From Pseudomonadota bacterium (GTDB lineage: Bacteria; Desulfobacterota; Syntrophorhabdia; Syntrophorhabdales; Syntrophorhabdaceae), in NCBI GenBank assembly GCA_026388275.1, contig JAPLKB010000059.1:28155-92154 (forward strand): a stretch of DNA of 64,000 nt, given 5' to 3'. Below are positions 44,668 through 54,350 of the stretch, piece after piece; the first letter of the stretch is position 1; each line of letters begins with the position of its first letter. The position numbers and the translations under genes were made by a program. A model generated the notes under the pieces. That model did not search any database. It was not told the DNA's origin and worked only from the letters and a program-made list of their open reading frames with translations.

Positions 44668-45186
44668 ATGGAAGAAGAAGAAATGCAAAAAGAAGAAGAA
44701 CCTGTTGAGGAGCCGCAAGAGAAAAAAAAAGGGAAATTCAGGATAATTCTATTGATTGCTTTTCTGGCATTGAGTGTTTGTGCAGCCGGAGCATATTTCT
44801 TTTTTGGAGATAAGATAATGCAGAAGTATTTTGATAAGCAAGAAGGAATGGCTGAGCATAAAACACAAAAAAAGGAAAAATTAGTTGGTCCCATTTTGTC
44901 TTTTGAACCCTTTCTTTTTAATATATCGGGCAGCAGTTCAAGATTTGCAAAAGTCTCCATAGGAATCGAACTAAAAGACGCCAAAGTTCTTGAAGAGGCA
45001 AAAAAGATGGTGCCCATAGCAAGAGACAAGGTGCTTTCAGTCTTGAGCACAAAAGGACCTGAGATGCTTATGGATGTTAAAAATAGAAATACTATTAAAC
45101 AGGAATTATATACTGCCATGAAAGTCATGTTTAAAGATCCGGATGACTTAACGGCAATATATATCACTGATATTATCATCCAGTGA
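44668..45186 (+). CDS. fliL: Flagellar basal-body-associated protein FliL
   Basis: Acidic N-terminus, one TM segment (ILLIAFLALSVCAAGAYFFF), then FEPFLFNISGSSSRFAKVSIGIELKD...IYITDIIIQ (FliL pattern). The start was chosen behind AAGGAGGG. Confidence 0.8.
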   Translation: MEEEEMQKEEEPVEEPQEKKKGKFRIILLIAFLALSVCAAGAYFFFGDKIMQKYFDKQEGMAEHKTQKKEKLVGPILSFEPFLFNISGSSSRFAKVSIGIELKDAKVLEEAKKMVPIARDKVLSVLSTKGPEMLMDVKNRNTIKQELYTAMKVMFKDPDDLTAIYITDIIIQ

Positions 45187-45195
45187 GGGGAGCAA

Positions 45196-46188
45196 ATGGA
45201 ACAGATACTGTCGCAGGAAGAAATAGATGCCTTGATGAGTGGATTGTCGGAAGGAGACATAGAACTTCCGATTGAAACTGAAGCTGCAGCTGCAGTTGAA
45301 ACTGAGCAAAAAATTGAAGCCAAACCATTTGATTTCCATCAGTATTCAAAAGGCAAAAAAGAAAATTTGCCTGCATTGCAATTTATATACGACAGATTTG
45401 CTAAATCTTTAAGGTCAGCGTTGTCCCTTTTCATCGAGAAGGATGTCGAACTTGAGCAGAGTCCTATCCAGTATATTGAATACAGAGAGTTCATTAAAAC
45501 ATTACCGCTCCCTACAAACATGAACATTATTGTTACAGAAAATCTGAAAGGTTTTTTTATAGTAATTTTTGATGCAAAGCTGATTTTTTCAGTGCTTGAA
45601 ACTATATTCGGAAATTCTAACGTATCAACTACAAGGGTAGAAGGAAGGGAATTTACGAAGATTGAGATTGGCGTTATAAAGAAAATAGTAGGCATTGTTT
45701 CTGTTGAAATGGAAAAAGCATGGACTCCTGTTTATGAGATAAAATGCAAATATTCCAGATCAGAAATGAACCCTAACTATATTACCATGGTGTCACCGGA
45801 GGAAACAGTAAGCCTTTGTGAATTTTCAGTAGAGGTCGGAGATATCACAAGCTGGATCAAGATATGCATTCCTTACGGTATTCTTGAAACCATTAAAGGC
45901 TATCTGATCTCGACTCCTTCCCGTGAAGATATGGATATGAGGGAAAAATGGCTCAAAAAATTAAGGGCAAAGATTTCGGATGTGCCACTTGAGATTAAAG
46001 CTATCCTTGGAAAGAAGAAAATGAATCTCGAAGATTTCTTAAAGGTTACTGAAGACAACATAATAATGGTGGACAAATGTGTAGATGACCCGGTCGATGT
46101 TCTGATAAACGATAAAGTAAAATTTAAAGGTAAATTGGGTATTTCAAAGGGAAGTAAGGCAGTTATGGTAGAAGGAGCAGTAAATTGA
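45196..46188 (+). CDS. fliM: Flagellar motor switch protein FliM
   Basis: 330 aa. The N-terminal LSQEEIDALM is the CheY-P binding peptide. A SpoA-like C-terminus is present. Confidence 0.9.
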   Translation: MEQILSQEEIDALMSGLSEGDIELPIETEAAAAVETEQKIEAKPFDFHQYSKGKKENLPALQFIYDRFAKSLRSALSLFIEKDVELEQSPIQYIEYREFIKTLPLPTNMNIIVTENLKGFFIVIFDAKLIFSVLETIFGNSNVSTTRVEGREFTKIEIGVIKKIVGIVSVEMEKAWTPVYEIKCKYSRSEMNPNYITMVSPEETVSLCEFSVEVGDITSWIKICIPYGILETIKGYLISTPSREDMDMREKWLKKLRAKISDVPLEIKAILGKKKMNLEDFLKVTEDNIIMVDKCVDDPVDVLINDKVKFKGKLGISKGSKAVMVEGAVN

Positions 46189-46288
46189 AAGAACAAAAGA
46201 ACTATAGACAGAAAATAGATTTAAGCACGAATGCTGTCAGTCTTAAGACAGTATATTTTTTGATACCTGAAATAAGATGGGAGGCAAG

Positions 46289-46597
46289 ATGGAAGAAATC
46301 TTAATAGAAAATCAGACAGGCAATGCGAAGAAATTTGAGTTGAACATGGATAGCCTTCTGGATGTACCGGTTGAAATCTCTGTTGAAATAGGAAGAACGA
46401 AGATGGCTATCGGGGAACTTCTTTCGCTTTCAAAAGGATCCATTATCGAATTAAATAAGGTTGCAGGTGAATCTGTGGATATTTATGTTAACGGGAAGCT
46501 TCTCGGCAAGGGTGAGATTGTTGTCGTGAACGAACGTTTAGGTGTGAGGATTATGGATATTGTTACACCTAAAGAAAGGGTTCAAAAGCTTGCATGA
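46289..46597 (+). CDS. fliN: Flagellar motor switch protein FliN
   Basis: LLDVPVEISVEIGRTKMAIGELLSLSKGSIIELNKVAGESVDIYVNGKLLGKGEIVVVNERLGVRI (SpoA domain). The start sits behind GGGAGG. Confidence 0.9.
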   Translation: MEEILIENQTGNAKKFELNMDSLLDVPVEISVEIGRTKMAIGELLSLSKGSIIELNKVAGESVDIYVNGKLLGKGEIVVVNERLGVRIMDIVTPKERVQKLA

Positions 46598-46869
46598 TGG
46601 ATGCCTATCTTAACGTTATCAAAGTTGTTTTTGTTCTTCTGGGGATTATCTCCGGCATGGCGCTGCTGTATAGATATGCAGGAAAATTTAAGCTCAATCT
46701 GAAGCCTGGTAAATCTGAGTATAATCTCAAAAAGCAGGATTCAATCTACCTGGGATACAAAAAGTATGTTTCAGTAGTAGAAGTTAATGAGCATGTTTTG
46801 GTTATCGGTGTTGGAGATAAAGACCTGACCCTTCTTGCAAAATGGAAAAAGGCGGATAAAAGCGCATGA
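46594..46869 (+). CDS. fliO: Flagellar biosynthesis protein FliO
   Basis: 91 aa with a single TM segment, then YVSVVEVNEHVLVIGVGDKDLTLLAKW. It lies between fliN and fliP. Confidence 0.65.
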   Translation: MMDAYLNVIKVVFVLLGIISGMALLYRYAGKFKLNLKPGKSEYNLKKQDSIYLGYKKYVSVVEVNEHVLVIGVGDKDLTLLAKWKKADKSA

Positions 46870-47621
46870 AAATTTTATTGATCGGCATTATTATTATTTC
46901 CCTGTTTCTCGTACCTGTTCTTGCTCATGCAAAGACAAATGCTCAAAACAAAACCCAGGAAAAAGGCAACCTGCTTGGCATGTTTGTTACAAGTGAGGGT
47001 AACAAGAATCTTATCAGTATTGTAATCGTTCTTACAGTATTAGCCTTTGCCCCGGCAATTCTTTTACTGATGAGTTCTTTTACAAGAATTATTATTGTTT
47101 TGTCTCTTCTAAGGCAGGCAATCGGAATACCGCAACTTCCTCCCAATCAGATCATTATAGGACTTTCACTGTTTTTAACTTTTTTTATTATGGCGCCGAC
47201 TTACGAAAAAGTCCATACGAACGCACTATCTCCATATATGAATAATCAAATAGGTTTTGAAGAATTTCTTACGAGTGCATCAAAAGAGATGAGTATTTTT
47301 ATGTTTAAATATACAAAAGAGAAAGATTTAGCGCTCTTTATGGGTGTTGCAGGATTAAACAAGCCAAAAACCCAGGGAGAAATCCCTATACGGGTACTTG
47401 TTCCGGCATTTGCGATAAGCGAACTGAAAAGGGCTTTTCAGATAGGGTTCCTTCTGTATATTCCATTTCTTGTTATTGATATGGTGGTGGCAAGCGTTCT
47501 TTTAGCTGCCGGAATGATGATGCTGCCGCCGATATTTATTTCCCTGCCCTTCAAGCTCATGCTTTTTGTGCTTGTAGACGGGTGGAATTTACTCGTGGGT
47601 TCATTGATTAAAAGTTTTTGA
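46866..47621 (+). CDS. fliP: Flagellar export apparatus protein FliP
   Basis: 251 aa. LLLMSSFTRIIIVLSLLRQAIG and FLLYIPFLVIDMVVASVLLAAGMMMLPP are present. Confidence 0.95.
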   Translation: MKILLIGIIIISLFLVPVLAHAKTNAQNKTQEKGNLLGMFVTSEGNKNLISIVIVLTVLAFAPAILLLMSSFTRIIIVLSLLRQAIGIPQLPPNQIIIGLSLFLTFFIMAPTYEKVHTNALSPYMNNQIGFEEFLTSASKEMSIFMFKYTKEKDLALFMGVAGLNKPKTQGEIPIRVLVPAFAISELKRAFQIGFLLYIPFLVIDMVVASVLLAAGMMMLPPIFISLPFKLMLFVLVDGWNLLVGSLIKSF

Positions 47622-47636
47622 CAGGAGGAAAAAAAT

Positions 47637-47906
47637 ATGGGCCAGGATGTTATAGTTCAAATCTTCAGAGATGTTCTTAAAACAACGCTTATAGTAATGG
47701 CGCCGGCATTACTTGCTTCAATTGTTGTCGGTCTTCTGATCAGTATTTTTCAGGCAGCGACACAAATACATGAAATGACGCTCGTTTTTGTTCCTAAAAT
47801 ACTTGTTATAGCGGCATGCCTGATGGTCCTGTTCCCATGGATGATAAATGTCCTGACAACATATACCATCACTCTTTTTTCAAACATACCGGTTTACGTT
47901 AAATGA
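47637..47906 (+). CDS. fliQ: Flagellar export apparatus protein FliQ
   Basis: 89 aa with two TM segments. GLLISIFQAATQIHEMTLVFVPKI is present. Confidence 0.9.
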   Translation: MGQDVIVQIFRDVLKTTLIVMAPALLASIVVGLLISIFQAATQIHEMTLVFVPKILVIAACLMVLFPWMINVLTTYTITLFSNIPVYVK

Positions 47907-48676
47907 TGCCTGTTGATTTTAATATAAGCAGTCAAAAGTTCATTCTGATATTTTTCAGGGTAGCCTCTATTCTGTGGCTTATACCGTTGTTTTCTACAAG
48001 ATCTGTATCTATTTCGTTTAAAGCAGTATTGTCTTTATCAATATCCTTTTTACTCTATGACCTTGTGAGCGTAAATAACACTTTTGGCAGCGATCCATAT
48101 TATATGTTATTGCTGGTTCTTAAAGAAATATTTGTCGGGCTGACAATCAGTCTTTTTGTTAGAATTCTCTTCTCAATAGTGTATGCATCTGGAGAGGTCT
48201 CGGCTCTTCAGACAGGATTCGGTTTTGCCCGTTTTATGGATCCTGTCAGTATGACGCAGGTGTCAGTATTGGAGCAATTTCTTAATATACTTACAGTCAT
48301 TATTTTTTTTGCTATTGATGCTCACCACATTGTTATTAAAGGTATATTCCTCAGTTTTAAGGAACTTCCTCCCGGTTCAATTGTACTTAATAATTCTCTG
48401 CTGCATCATATCAACAATCTTATTGGCAAGATATTTTCAATAGGGTTAAGGATAGGCGCGCCATTAATTGTAACACTTTTTATTGTTGATCTGGCCCTTG
48501 GCTTACTTTCAAGGATGATTCCTCAGATAAATATATTTGTCGAAGCCATGCCCATGAAGATATTGATAACATTTACTATACTTTCTTTTTCATTGGGTAT
48601 TATGACTACCTCTATAGCCAACATTTTCAGGGCTATGGACATGGATATTTTAAAAATAATGAGACTGATGGTGTAA
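47903..48676 (+). CDS. fliR: Flagellar export apparatus protein FliR
   Basis: 257-aa polytopic membrane protein between fliQ and flhB. Confidence 0.85.
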   Translation: MMPVDFNISSQKFILIFFRVASILWLIPLFSTRSVSISFKAVLSLSISFLLYDLVSVNNTFGSDPYYMLLLVLKEIFVGLTISLFVRILFSIVYASGEVSALQTGFGFARFMDPVSMTQVSVLEQFLNILTVIIFFAIDAHHIVIKGIFLSFKELPPGSIVLNNSLLHHINNLIGKIFSIGLRIGAPLIVTLFIVDLALGLLSRMIPQINIFVEAMPMKILITFTILSFSLGIMTTSIANIFRAMDMDILKIMRLMV

Positions 48677-48679
48677 TGT

Positions 48680-49744
48680 ATGGCCGATTCCTTTCAGGAA
48701 AAGACAGAACAGCCGACTGAAAAGCGTCTTGAAGATGCGAGAAAGAAGGGACAGGTTGCCCAGTCAAAGGAGTTGTTTTCATGTTTTACTGTTCTGTTCA
48801 CTGCTATCTTTTTGTACTATTCGGTGTCTCACGGCTTTAACGAGATGTACAAAGTGTATATGAATTATGTGACTAATATCAATCTCGACGTAAATGTATC
48901 TACTATTTACGAGATATTATCTTTCAGTATGTTTAAATGGCTGTGGCTTGTCCTGCCGATATTCGCACTGCTTTGTGCAATTGCTTTATTGGGGAGTGTT
49001 TTACAATCCGGTTTTATGTGGAACTCTGAGTCGATTAAGTTTGATTTTGAAAAACTCGACCCTGCTGCCGGAATAAAAAAATTGTTTTCGAAAAGATCTG
49101 CTGTTGAGATTCTGAAATCTCTTTTAAAGATCATTGTGCTTGTATATATTTCGTACTCAATAATTACTAAGGAATTACCGGATTTGATCTCTCTTCCTTT
49201 CAAAGACATAGAAACGATAATAGAATACCTTGGGAAAACGTCTTTCCGCTTAGCCTTAAAGGTTAGCATAATTCTGTCGTTTATCGCCGGACTTGATTTC
49301 CTGTTTCAAAAGTGGCAGCACAATAAAGAGCTGATGATGACGCAACAGGAGGTGAAGGAGGAGTATAAGGACAGAGAGGGTAATCCTCTTATTAAATCGA
49401 GGATCAGGAGCCTCCAAAGGGAAATGTCCAGGAGGAGAATGATTGAGGATGTAAAAAACGCCGATGTAATTGTTACAAACCCGACAACTTTTGCAGTAGC
49501 GCTTAAGTATAATCCGAAAGAGATGCCTGCACCGAAAGTAGTGGCAAAAGGTGCAGGATTTATTGCACAAAGAATTAAAGAAGTAGCCTTGCAGCATAGT
49601 GTTCCATTGAGAGAAAACAAGCCGCTTGCCCAGGCTCTGTTCTATTCCGTTAAGGTTGGCAGCAGTATACCGGAAAAATTTTATTTGATTGTAGCTGAGT
49701 TGCTTGCCCAGGTATATAAAAAGAAAAACAGGATATTACTATGA
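48680..49744 (+). CDS. flhB: Flagellar export switch protein FlhB
   Basis: 354 aa. N-terminal QEKTEQPTEKRLEDARKKGQVAQSKEL. The autocleavage region reads VIVTNPTTFAVALKY, i.e. NPTT instead of the usual NPTH. Confidence 0.95.
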   Translation: MADSFQEKTEQPTEKRLEDARKKGQVAQSKELFSCFTVLFTAIFLYYSVSHGFNEMYKVYMNYVTNINLDVNVSTIYEILSFSMFKWLWLVLPIFALLCAIALLGSVLQSGFMWNSESIKFDFEKLDPAAGIKKLFSKRSAVEILKSLLKIIVLVYISYSIITKELPDLISLPFKDIETIIEYLGKTSFRLALKVSIILSFIAGLDFLFQKWQHNKELMMTQQEVKEEYKDREGNPLIKSRIRSLQREMSRRRMIEDVKNADVIVTNPTTFAVALKYNPKEMPAPKVVAKGAGFIAQRIKEVALQHSVPLRENKPLAQALFYSVKVGSSIPEKFYLIVAELLAQVYKKKNRILL

Positions 49745-51804
49745 TGAAGAGTAATTTCATCAGACAGGTACAAGAGAAAAGCGATGTAGTAATTGCGGTA
49801 AGCATTGTTTTCGTTATCCTTATCATGATTATTCCGTTGAACAGCTTTTTCATAGATATATTTTTAACGTTAAGCATATCATTATCTTTGCTTATCCTTT
49901 TTATAGGCATGTATCTGCATAGACCACTCGATTTTTCCGTTTTCCCCTCTATTTTACTAATAACAACTCTTTTTAGACTTTCTTTGAATATAGCATCTAC
50001 AAGATTAATCCTTGTCCATGGCGACGAGGGCTCGCATGCGGCAGGTCGTGTTATTCAAGCGTTCGGTACGTTTATTGTCGGCGGAAATTACATTGTCGGT
50101 GCAGTTGTCTTCCTTATACTTGTAATTATTAACTTTGTCGTTATAACAAAAGGTGCGGGAAGGGTTGCCGAAGTAGCTGCAAGATTCACCCTTGATGCGA
50201 TGCCGGGCAAACAGATGAGCATAGATGCCGATCTGAATGCCGGTCTCATGAATGACATAGAAGCAAGGCAAAGAAGGGAAAGGGTTGAACTTGAAGCCGA
50301 TTTTTATGGAGCAATGGATGGTGCAAGTAAATTTGTAAGAGGCGATGCGATTGCCGGTATTATTATAATTTTTGTAAACATAATAGGCGGATTGATAATT
50401 GGAGTTGCTCAAAAAGGTATGTCTTTTGACGATGCACTATCGGTTTATACCATAATGACTATTGGTGATGGTCTGGTAAGCCAGATACCGGCGCTTTTGA
50501 CTTCAACTGCTGCCGGTATTATTGTTACAAGGGCTGCCAGCGATTCTAACCTTGGAAGGGACGTTGTCGACCAGATGTTAACCCAGCCGAAGGCAATGAC
50601 CCTTGCATCCATTGTAATATTTTCTCTTGGCATGGTACCGGGAATTCCCATGATGCCCTTTTTAATTCTTTCTTCTTGTACTTTCGGTATGGGCTACATG
50701 ATGAAAAAGCAGAAACAGGAAGATGAAGAAGTTATTCCTGAACAGGAGCCAGCAGAAGAGGAAAAAATGGAGATTATCCAGCCTCTTGAAATTCTTGAAT
50801 TAGAGATAGGTTATGGACTCATACCTATAGTAGATGCCGAACAGGGCGGAGAACTTCTTGGCAAGATAAGAGCAATGAGAAAACAAATAGCTTTCGAGCT
50901 CGGTATAATGGTTCCGCCGATGAAGCTCAGGGATAATCTTCAGTTAAAGGCAAGTGAATACCTTATCCTTTTAAAAGGCATCGAAGTAGGCAGGGGTGAA
51001 TTGCTTCTCGGGCATGTTCTGGCTATGGGGCCCGAGGAGAAACATAATATTGTTGATGGAATAACTACAAAAGAACCTGTATTTAATCTTGATGCAATAT
51101 GGGTTAAGGAAAAAGACAGAGAAAAATGTGTTGCCGAGGGTTTTACGGTTGTAGACCATCCAACAGTCATTGCAACACATTTAACAGAAATAGTACGAAA
51201 TAATGCTCACGACCTTATGACAAGACAAGAGACGCAAAAGCTTGTAGAAACCATATCATCCACACACCAGAAAGTTGTAGAGGAACTATCGCAGACCCAG
51301 ATCAACATAGGTATTATTCAAAAAGTTTTGCAGAATCTTCTCAGAGAACAGGTGTCAATAAGAGACCTCGTAACGATACTTGAAGCCATTGCTGACGCAT
51401 CTTCCAGTGTGAGGGACCCGGACCTGATAACAGAATATGTCAGACAACGTATGTCCAGGAACATTTTAAAGCCATATCTTTCAGAAGGAATATTGAATAT
51501 CCTGATTTTCGAGAAGTCACTTGAAGAAAAAATTATTAATAGTGTGCAGCCATCTGATCAGGGAGGACTATTTGCTTTTGACCTTGCATTCAGTCAAAGA
51601 TTAATTGAAAAAATAGGAGATGAGGCGAAAAAGGCGATGCTCAAGAATATACAGCCTATTTTGCTTGTCCATCCTGTTGCAAGGGGGAAATTAAGAAGAT
51701 TCCTTGAAAGGTATATCCACGGTATTGCAGTAATTTCACATAATGAAATTCCACCGCAGATAAGAATACAAACAAGCGGGGTTATAAAGCTTAATGAAAG
51801 TTAA
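49741..51804 (+). CDS. flhA: Flagellar export gate protein FlhA
   Basis: 687 aa. LNIASTRLIL, FIVGGNYIVGAVVFLILVIINFVVITKGAGRVAEVAARFTLDAMPGKQMSIDADL. Confidence 0.95.
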   Translation: MMKSNFIRQVQEKSDVVIAVSIVFVILIMIIPLNSFFIDIFLTLSISLSLLILFIGMYLHRPLDFSVFPSILLITTLFRLSLNIASTRLILVHGDEGSHAAGRVIQAFGTFIVGGNYIVGAVVFLILVIINFVVITKGAGRVAEVAARFTLDAMPGKQMSIDADLNAGLMNDIEARQRRERVELEADFYGAMDGASKFVRGDAIAGIIIIFVNIIGGLIIGVAQKGMSFDDALSVYTIMTIGDGLVSQIPALLTSTAAGIIVTRAASDSNLGRDVVDQMLTQPKAMTLASIVIFSLGMVPGIPMMPFLILSSCTFGMGYMMKKQKQEDEEVIPEQEPAEEEKMEIIQPLEILELEIGYGLIPIVDAEQGGELLGKIRAMRKQIAFELGIMVPPMKLRDNLQLKASEYLILLKGIEVGRGELLLGHVLAMGPEEKHNIVDGITTKEPVFNLDAIWVKEKDREKCVAEGFTVVDHPTVIATHLTEIVRNNAHDLMTRQETQKLVETISSTHQKVVEELSQTQINIGIIQKVLQNLLREQVSIRDLVTILEAIADASSSVRDPDLITEYVRQRMSRNILKPYLSEGILNILIFEKSLEEKIINSVQPSDQGGLFAFDLAFSQRLIEKIGDEAKKAMLKNIQPILLVHPVARGKLRRFLERYIHGIAVISHNEIPPQIRIQTSGVIKLNES

Positions 51805-52852
51805 AACGTATGTTTTTGAAGATATAAAAGATGGAATAGAGCGGATTAAAGAAGAATATGGTGCAGACACCATAATTCTGGATATTAAAAATACCAGTCA
51901 AAACGCAAGAAAAAGTTGTGAAATATCGATTGGATTGAATGATGATTCTGAAATCCAGACAGATACGACAGAAGTCGTCAGGAAAAAGACTGAAGAAATA
52001 TGGAGTTATACCACAAAATTTATAAGTGAGAAGATTATTGATTTAGAACTGGAAATAGTAAGGGACAGAGTAAAACAATACCCTTTACCTCTAAAAGTTT
52101 TTTTTGAAAAGATGAGGAAAAATGGATTTGATATCCATCTTGCTGTTTCAATGATTTCTGAAATTTACGGTGAGATAGGTATGCTTGCAAATGATATTGC
52201 AAAGGCTAATTACTTTTTTAGGGGTGCGCTTGCAAGAAGAATAAAAATACACGACATTGTCAATTCAAATGAACATATTTTAATGCTGGGACCCACGGGT
52301 GCAGGAAAAACACAAACGGCAAAAAAATTTTCAAAATTGCTTTCAAGCATGGGAAGAGATATCGCTGTATTGGCATATGACCCTGCGAGAAAAGGGTTTT
52401 TGGATGAACATGCATTTTTTTCAGAAACTAACGGTATACCGTTTTCTTTTGCAGCAAGCGAAGAAGATCTTTTTTCAAAAATTACAAAAGACAGGACAAG
52501 AAAAATTATTGATATTTCAGGACATGTTGATTTGCAGAAAAGGATTGCAGCAAGATTAAAAGATATAGGAAAGATAATTCTTTTACCGGCAGGTGCGAGG
52601 GATGAAAAAATAAGGAACTACTGCAATGGATTTAATGATTCGAATATTGCTGGACTTATTTTTACAAAAATTGATGAGGAAGAGACGCTCGGACATATCT
52701 GCCACAATCTCATTCTTCTGGAACGGCCGATCTGCTGCTTCACAACGGGCATGGATGTTGGTGATATTTTAGTGCCGAATTATGAAACGTTTTATAAAAT
52801 ACTACTAGAGGGAAATATATGGAAAACAGGCGAAAGAAGATTATTGCAGTAA
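51794..52852 (+). CDS. flhF: Flagellar SRP-type GTPase FlhF
   Basis: 352 aa. G1 is LGPTGAGKTQT, and later TKIDEEETLG (G4-like). It lies after flhA. Confidence 0.8.
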   Translation: MKVKTYVFEDIKDGIERIKEEYGADTIILDIKNTSQNARKSCEISIGLNDDSEIQTDTTEVVRKKTEEIWSYTTKFISEKIIDLELEIVRDRVKQYPLPLKVFFEKMRKNGFDIHLAVSMISEIYGEIGMLANDIAKANYFFRGALARRIKIHDIVNSNEHILMLGPTGAGKTQTAKKFSKLLSSMGRDIAVLAYDPARKGFLDEHAFFSETNGIPFSFAASEEDLFSKITKDRTRKIIDISGHVDLQKRIAARLKDIGKIILLPAGARDEKIRNYCNGFNDSNIAGLIFTKIDEEETLGHICHNLILLERPICCFTTGMDVGDILVPNYETFYKILLEGNIWKTGERRLLQ

Positions 52853-53562
52853 CTAGCGGAAAAGGCGGAGTCGGCAAATCATCTATAGTTTCAAATATGG
52901 CTTATATACTTGGGTCAAACAGTGAATCGACGTACATTCTTGACGCTGACCTTTCGCTTGGGAATATAGATATCATGTTTGGTGTAGTTCCTAAATTTAA
53001 TATAAAAGATTTGATCGAAGGGAAAAAAACTATCGGAGAAATTGTAGTTGAAGGTCCGGGCGGTGTCAGGTTTATCCCCGGTACATCCGGTGTTAGTGAG
53101 TTTTCCAGTCTTACTGCAGAAGAAAAAAATATATTATTTTCCTCTTTCCGGGAATTACCCGAATATGATTTCCTGATCGTTGACACCTCTGCCGGTATAT
53201 CTTCCAATGTTATCTATTTTAATTCAATCAGCGACGATATTTTTATTGTGGTTACACCTGATCCGGCGAGCATTACCGATTCATATGCTGTAATTAAAGT
53301 TTTATATAAAAAAACAGGCAGAAAAGATTTTAACATTATAGTAAATATGGCAAAAGACGAGAAGGAAGGCCTTGAGATATACAAAAAACTTCTCTCTGTG
53401 ACAGATAAATTTTTAGATGTTTACCTTGATTTTACCGGCTATATCCCAATGGACAAAAATATCAATATGGCTACAAGAAAACAGAAATTATGGGTTAAAT
53501 ATTTCCCTGATACGCAGGCAACAAAAGCTCTTTTAAAAATCTGCAATAGGTTGGTATCCTGA
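52819..53562 (+). CDS. flhG: MinD/ParA-type ATPase FlhG (FleN/YlxH)
   Basis: 247 aa with the deviant Walker A VTSGKGGVGKSS. It lies between flhF and fliA. Confidence 0.85.
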   Translation: MENRRKKIIAVTSGKGGVGKSSIVSNMAYILGSNSESTYILDADLSLGNIDIMFGVVPKFNIKDLIEGKKTIGEIVVEGPGGVRFIPGTSGVSEFSSLTAEEKNILFSSFRELPEYDFLIVDTSAGISSNVIYFNSISDDIFIVVTPDPASITDSYAVIKVLYKKTGRKDFNIIVNMAKDEKEGLEIYKKLLSVTDKFLDVYLDFTGYIPMDKNINMATRKQKLWVKYFPDTQATKALLKICNRLVS

Positions 53563-53563
53563 T

Positions 53564-54301
53564 ATGTGGAAAAGGGCATATGCTCAAAACATAGAAGATG
53601 AAAGGGAAAGAATTGTTGAAGAATTCATTCCTATTATTAAACATCTTGCTTACAAGGTTTCCAAAGGTTTTGAAGAAAAAAATATGATAGAAGACCTTAT
53701 ATCTGCCGGTATCGTAGGGCTGCTTGAAGCAATAGATAAGTATGATACAAAAAGGGGAGCAAAATTAAATACATTTGCTTATCTCAGGATAAGAGGTGCG
53801 ATGATAGACGAACTCCGATCAAGAGACTGGTTCCCGAGAAGTGCAAGGTCTAAGGCAAAAAAGATAGAAGAAGTCATAAGGAAGCTTGAAAACAGGCTTG
53901 GTAGATATCCCAAGGAAGAAGAAATAGCTGAGGAAATGCATATAGATTTTGAAGATTATTTGTCATTGATGAAAGACTATAAAAATCTTTCTATTCTAAG
54001 TATAGAAGATTTGCATGAATCAATCGGAGAAGACAGAGAAAAAATCATCAGTTATGTAACGGATGAAAGCGATGACCCGGAAAAATATGCAGAGTTTCAC
54101 GAATTGGAAGAGATGCTTGCAAAAGAGATAGAAAGGCTTCCCGAAAAACAAAAGATTGTTCTCAGCCTTTATTATCATGAAGATATGAATATGAAAGAAA
54201 TTGCCAGGACACTATCAATTACCGAAGCAAGGGTTTGCCAGATTCATTCACAGGCCATAATTTCATTAAGATCAATCTTGAAAAAACGGATTCACAACTA
54301 A
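53564..54301 (+). CDS. fliA: Flagellar sigma factor sigma-28 (FliA)
   Basis: 245 aa. Region 2 is FAYLRIRGAMIDELR. Region 4 is MNMKEIARTLSITEARVCQIHSQAI. Confidence 0.9.
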   Translation: MWKRAYAQNIEDERERIVEEFIPIIKHLAYKVSKGFEEKNMIEDLISAGIVGLLEAIDKYDTKRGAKLNTFAYLRIRGAMIDELRSRDWFPRSARSKAKKIEEVIRKLENRLGRYPKEEEIAEEMHIDFEDYLSLMKDYKNLSILSIEDLHESIGEDREKIISYVTDESDDPEKYAEFHELEEMLAKEIERLPEKQKIVLSLYYHEDMNMKEIARTLSITEARVCQIHSQAIISLRSILKKRIHN

Positions 54302-54325
54302 AGTTTGATCTGTGTTGTTCGATAA
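54299..54325 (+). promoter_or_regulatory. Sigma-28-type promoter (TAAAGTTT-N11-TTCGATAA) starting on the fliA stop codon
   Basis: The consensus I recall is TAAAGTTT-N11-GCCGATAA. Here -35 matches 8/8 and the CGATAA core of the -10 is intact. It lies 26 nt upstream of the HDOD/cheB operon ATG. Confidence 0.65.
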
Positions 54326-54350
54326 CTAACAAAAGAGAAATGGTTTTTAT

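Noticed and set aside
44589-45323. 244-aa reverse-strand ORF across fliL and the start of fliM
   Set aside because: It is antisense to two well-supported flagellar genes and has a serine/isoleucine-rich low-complexity translation typical of shadow frames.
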